The notes under the pieces are model-generated. The model made no database searches and was not told where the DNA came from. It saw nothing but the letters and a program-made list of their open reading frames with translations. Made by a program: the position numbers and the translations under genes. Below, piece after piece: positions 29,386 to 32,560 of a stretch of 32,560 nucleotides of DNA. Each line of letters begins with the position of its first letter. The first letter of the stretch is position 1. Where the stretch lies: sequence record DRR723986_1369, one strand, 5' to 3'.

Positions 29386-31293
29386 TCACAAACTACAAAA
29401 ACCCGTCGGGTCTTGCACTGCGTTGGGCAAAGCCACACTCGCGCTGACTGTGACAGGTACAGGCAGGCGATTGAAACTGGTCACAAACACTGGACTGAAC
29501 CCCTGGATGGTCAAGGTCAGTGAATCGCCCTCTTTCAGTTGCACTGAAATGCCTGGCAACTCAATGGACTTTTCTCCATAACCTTTCAAAGGCGTAACTT
29601 GATCATGCAACACAGTTTGGGTGCCGTCGGCACGCTTCAAACCCAGCCCCAAGTACACAATGGGCGCCTCTGGCGAGGCCGGTCCAACTGGCTCTACTTT
29701 CACGGTGGCTTGGGGAGTTCCAACAAAACAGCCTTTTACATTGGCGTTGTTCAAGTCCACGAAGATGGGCTGCGCCAATTGTGCCACCTGGGTTGAAGTA
29801 AGCCCTGAAGGGATTCCAGTGATGCCAGTCATGACCTGAGTAGGCATGGTGAAAGCAGAGGCTGCGCGAACACCTTCGAGTTTGGGACGACTGGATGAAT
29901 TCGACTTCACTTCGACGGCTGTGGGGTCGTTCCGGCTGTCCTCGAGCACCGCGGTGATTTCCGGCAAAGGTAGGGGTGCAAAACCCAGATAACTCTCGGA
30001 GCGGGCCTGCTGTGCCCCAACCAGGTGTTGGGCGAGGAACTGAAACATCATGTTCTTCAAGGGAATGACACAGCGGCCGGTATCCGCATCCCAGTTGGCG
30101 GCTGGGCAGGCATTGCGCGTGGTTTTCAGCCAGATGAGACTTTCATTGAATGCATACTTTGCACCTGTGCCAGCAAGGGCTGCTGCAGGATCTTGTTGAA
30201 TACCCAAAGCGTTCAGCAAGTGACCATATTTCACAAAGAGCAGTTTTGCATTCGCATTCACTTTTCGATAGCACTCGAAATTCCAGATTGCATCGTTCAG
30301 GTTGAACAATACATCCGTGGCACCCTGAATAAAGAAAGCGGGCACATCGGTTTTCAGTGTCATGCCACGGGGTAGATTTGCAGCAAGGTCACAATAAGAC
30401 ACGGAACCCTGGGAACCCAAACGCTTGACGATTTCCTCCGACACCACACCGGTGGTGTTGGCCTGTAAAAGACCCTCAAAAAGAAATGGATCAAAACGAC
30501 CGCGATTGCTCTGCAAACCGCCGGCAACCAAGCCATTGAGATAGGTCGTTTTGGGCACACCTGCAGGGTTCAGGCTGTAACGCAGGTCGTACCAGGTGCC
30601 ATTGGGCACCATGGCATCAATTCGGGAATCGAGGCCACTGCCGATTAACTGAAATGCACCGCCATAGCTTCGCCCGATGGTGCCAATGACAGGATCGAGT
30701 TTGCCGGCCTTGCTCCGATGCCCAAGGTTGGGCAAGTTGGCCTCAGCCCAGTCCAGAATGGTTTTTAGGTCCTTGCCTTCGAAATCAGGATCAAGAATGG
30801 TGACATTGCCGCCAGTATCACCGTGCCCACGCTGATCGTAGGAGATGATGTACCAGCCCGCTCTCGCCGTGGTTTTGTCTTTTTCGTTGTAGGCCACCTG
30901 CAGGGTGTCTACCCCTATTTCAGAAGTTTGAGTGGCTTCATCGAAATCAAGCGTTGCAGAACGGTTGCCACCAAACCCGTGGGAGTGCAGTAACAAAGGC
31001 GCTGCCTCACCAGCGGCAAGTTCCGGAAAATACACGGTCATGGCCAACTCGGTGCCATCGAATGCAGTCAAGGTGACTTGCTCAACACGCGCATCGTGCC
31101 CAACTGCGGTAGCCTGACTTTTCACTTGAAGAGGGGTCTGGTTTTCAGAGGGCGTTACAGAAGAACCCCCTCCAGCAGGTGCAACCACACCGGGCTCAGA
31201 CTCGGATAGACAGCCAGCAAGCCCGATCAGCAAACACGACAGTGCGAACACTCTGAACGGGCCTTTCAACATGAACTGTCTCCGAAATGTCAT
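29386..31293 (-). CDS. Lipoprotein alpha/beta-hydrolase, CocE/NonD (peptidase S15-like) family
   Basis: Lipobox LAGC; HSHGFGG oxyanion region, YDQRGHG, nucleophile GRSYGG, QGATDVLF and GH; beta-rich C-terminal domain; start could be 31272. Confidence 0.8.
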   Translation of the reverse strand: MTFRRQFMLKGPFRVFALSCLLIGLAGCLSESEPGVVAPAGGGSSVTPSENQTPLQVKSQATAVGHDARVEQVTLTAFDGTELAMTVYFPELAAGEAAPLLLHSHGFGGNRSATLDFDEATQTSEIGVDTLQVAYNEKDKTTARAGWYIISYDQRGHGDTGGNVTILDPDFEGKDLKTILDWAEANLPNLGHRSKAGKLDPVIGTIGRSYGGAFQLIGSGLDSRIDAMVPNGTWYDLRYSLNPAGVPKTTYLNGLVAGGLQSNRGRFDPFLFEGLLQANTTGVVSEEIVKRLGSQGSVSYCDLAANLPRGMTLKTDVPAFFIQGATDVLFNLNDAIWNFECYRKVNANAKLLFVKYGHLLNALGIQQDPAAALAGTGAKYAFNESLIWLKTTRNACPAANWDADTGRCVIPLKNMMFQFLAQHLVGAQQARSESYLGFAPLPLPEITAVLEDSRNDPTAVEVKSNSSSRPKLEGVRAASAFTMPTQVMTGITGIPSGLTSTQVAQLAQPIFVDLNNANVKGCFVGTPQATVKVEPVGPASPEAPIVYLGLGLKRADGTQTVLHDQVTPLKGYGEKSIELPGISVQLKEGDSLTLTIQGFSPVFVTSFNRLPVPVTVSASVALPNAVQDPTGFCSL

Positions 31294-31401
31294 TTGTTGT
31301 GTTGCTCTTACCTGCTTCAGTTCTCTTTCAGATTCAAATAGTTAGCAAAACGTACTGACCCGCTGCGATTAATCCGTGCGGCACTGCGCTAAAATAAGGG
31401 C

Positions 31402-32496
31402 TTGACGACGTTCTGGCCTTCCAAATTGATCCCTGCTGCAATTCCCCCGAAAATCGTGCTTGGTTTTGAAAGCTCGTGTGACGAAACCGGTGTGGCGCTT
31501 TGCACCACTGACGGTCGTATCCTGGGACAGGCGTTGTATTCGCAAATCGCCATGCACAAGGATTACGGTGGAGTAGTTCCCGAACTGGCCTCCCGTGATC
31601 ACATTCGCCGCTTGATTCCTTTGATGGAAGATACTTTTTCTCAGGCAGGTATTTCGATGTCCGAGGTAGACGCCATTGCGGTGACCACTGGCCCCGGTTT
31701 GCCTGGCGCATTGATGGCTGGCTGTGCCTTTGCCTATAGCCTGGCGATGGGCTTGGACTTGCCTGTAATCCCGATACACCACCTGGAAGGACATTTGCTG
31801 TCACCCTTGCTTTCTTCAAACCCACCTGCATTTCCTTTCACAGCCCTTTTGGTCAGCGGTGGGCATACCCAATTGATGGGTGTGGAAAGCCTTGGGCGCT
31901 ATACCCTGCTTGGGGAAACACTGGACGATGCCGCAGGCGAGGCTTTTGACAAAACAGCAAAAATGATTGGTCTGCCCTACCCGGGCGGTCCGGCCTTGTC
32001 GAAACTGGCGGAGAGTGGGAACCCGGAGCGATTCAAGCTCCCGCGGCCGATGCTGCACAGCGGGGACTTCATGTTCAGTTTTTCTGGCCTGAAAACAGCC
32101 GTACTGACCACCGCCATGAAATTGGCAGGGGTCAGCCAACCCTCAGAGACCATGTTGATCTCTGCTGAAGACAAAGCGGACTTGGCGGCCAGCTTTCAGG
32201 CCGCTATTGTTGAAACCCTGGTGAAGAAAGCCTTGGCAGCATGCCTACAGCAAGATCACAAACGCTTAGTGGTGGCCGGAGGCGTGGGAGCCAACAAACT
32301 GCTGCATGAGCAATTGGTGAAGGCGGCCAGCAAACGCGGCATTGAGGTGTATTTCCCGGAACTAAGCCTGTGCACCGACAACGGTGCCATGATCGCATTT
32401 GCCGGCGCCATGCAACTGGCTGAAAACCCGGCACTGCTGGATACTCGCAATTACGGGATGGTCACGCGACCAAGGTGCGAGCTCGCAGCTCGCTAA
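31402..32496 (+). CDS. tsaD: tRNA N6-adenosine threonylcarbamoyltransferase
   Basis: [55 protein letters not shown]; exact start uncertain (TTG). Confidence 0.97.
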   Translation: MTTFWPSKLIPAAIPPKIVLGFESSCDETGVALCTTDGRILGQALYSQIAMHKDYGGVVPELASRDHIRRLIPLMEDTFSQAGISMSEVDAIAVTTGPGLPGALMAGCAFAYSLAMGLDLPVIPIHHLEGHLLSPLLSSNPPAFPFTALLVSGGHTQLMGVESLGRYTLLGETLDDAAGEAFDKTAKMIGLPYPGGPALSKLAESGNPERFKLPRPMLHSGDFMFSFSGLKTAVLTTAMKLAGVSQPSETMLISAEDKADLAASFQAAIVETLVKKALAACLQQDHKRLVVAGGVGANKLLHEQLVKAASKRGIEVYFPELSLCTDNGAMIAFAGAMQLAENPALLDTRNYGMVTRPRCELAAR

Positions 32497-32560
32497 ATGG
32501 TGGTATTGGCCCAGTTGGCGTGGGTTCCGATCTCTCGTCTGCCGGTTAACTGCCCGATCG

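Noticed and set aside
32493..32560. Possible 3' end of a convergent minus-strand gene (…[21 protein letters not shown])
   Set aside because: Too short to support or identify

Overview
This is a chromosomal, mostly core-genome window from a betaproteobacterium. Burkholderiales is inferred from the rpsU-yqeY-dnaG-rpoD-tRNA-Ile(CAT) order and the long Lys/Ala-rich RpoD N-terminus; a Limnobacter-like organism is a guess that cannot be verified here. Left to right it contains: an HD-GYP protein with a sigma28-type promoter; a three-gene translationally coupled operon (M19/ceramide-N-deacylase-like lipoprotein, degenerate cupredoxin-like protein, TauE/SafE permease); an MCP; a holin-IV-type membrane protein; a SAM methyltransferase; a hybrid sensor kinase with an orphan substrate-binding protein; a small outer-membrane beta-barrel; the desC/desB-like desaturase pair with FabR/DesT-like operators; an orphan FlgM-like gene divergent from a stand-alone BLUF gene; tRNA-Ile2 and the macromolecular synthesis operon; a BaiN/HI0933 flavoprotein; ybiB; assimilatory nasA, nirD and nirB with a sigma54/NtrC promoter and an ANTAR antitermination leader; a CocE/NonD-like lipoprotein hydrolase; and tsaD. 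No mobile elements, CRISPR arrays or defence systems were seen. The best leads are the uncharacterised hydrolase-cupredoxin-TauE operon, the ANTAR leader with an inserted third hairpin, AT-hook-like repeats in RpoD, the FlgM/BLUF pair, the binding protein-kinase pair and a long RBS-occluding hairpin. All calls come from reading motifs by eye; no searches were run.
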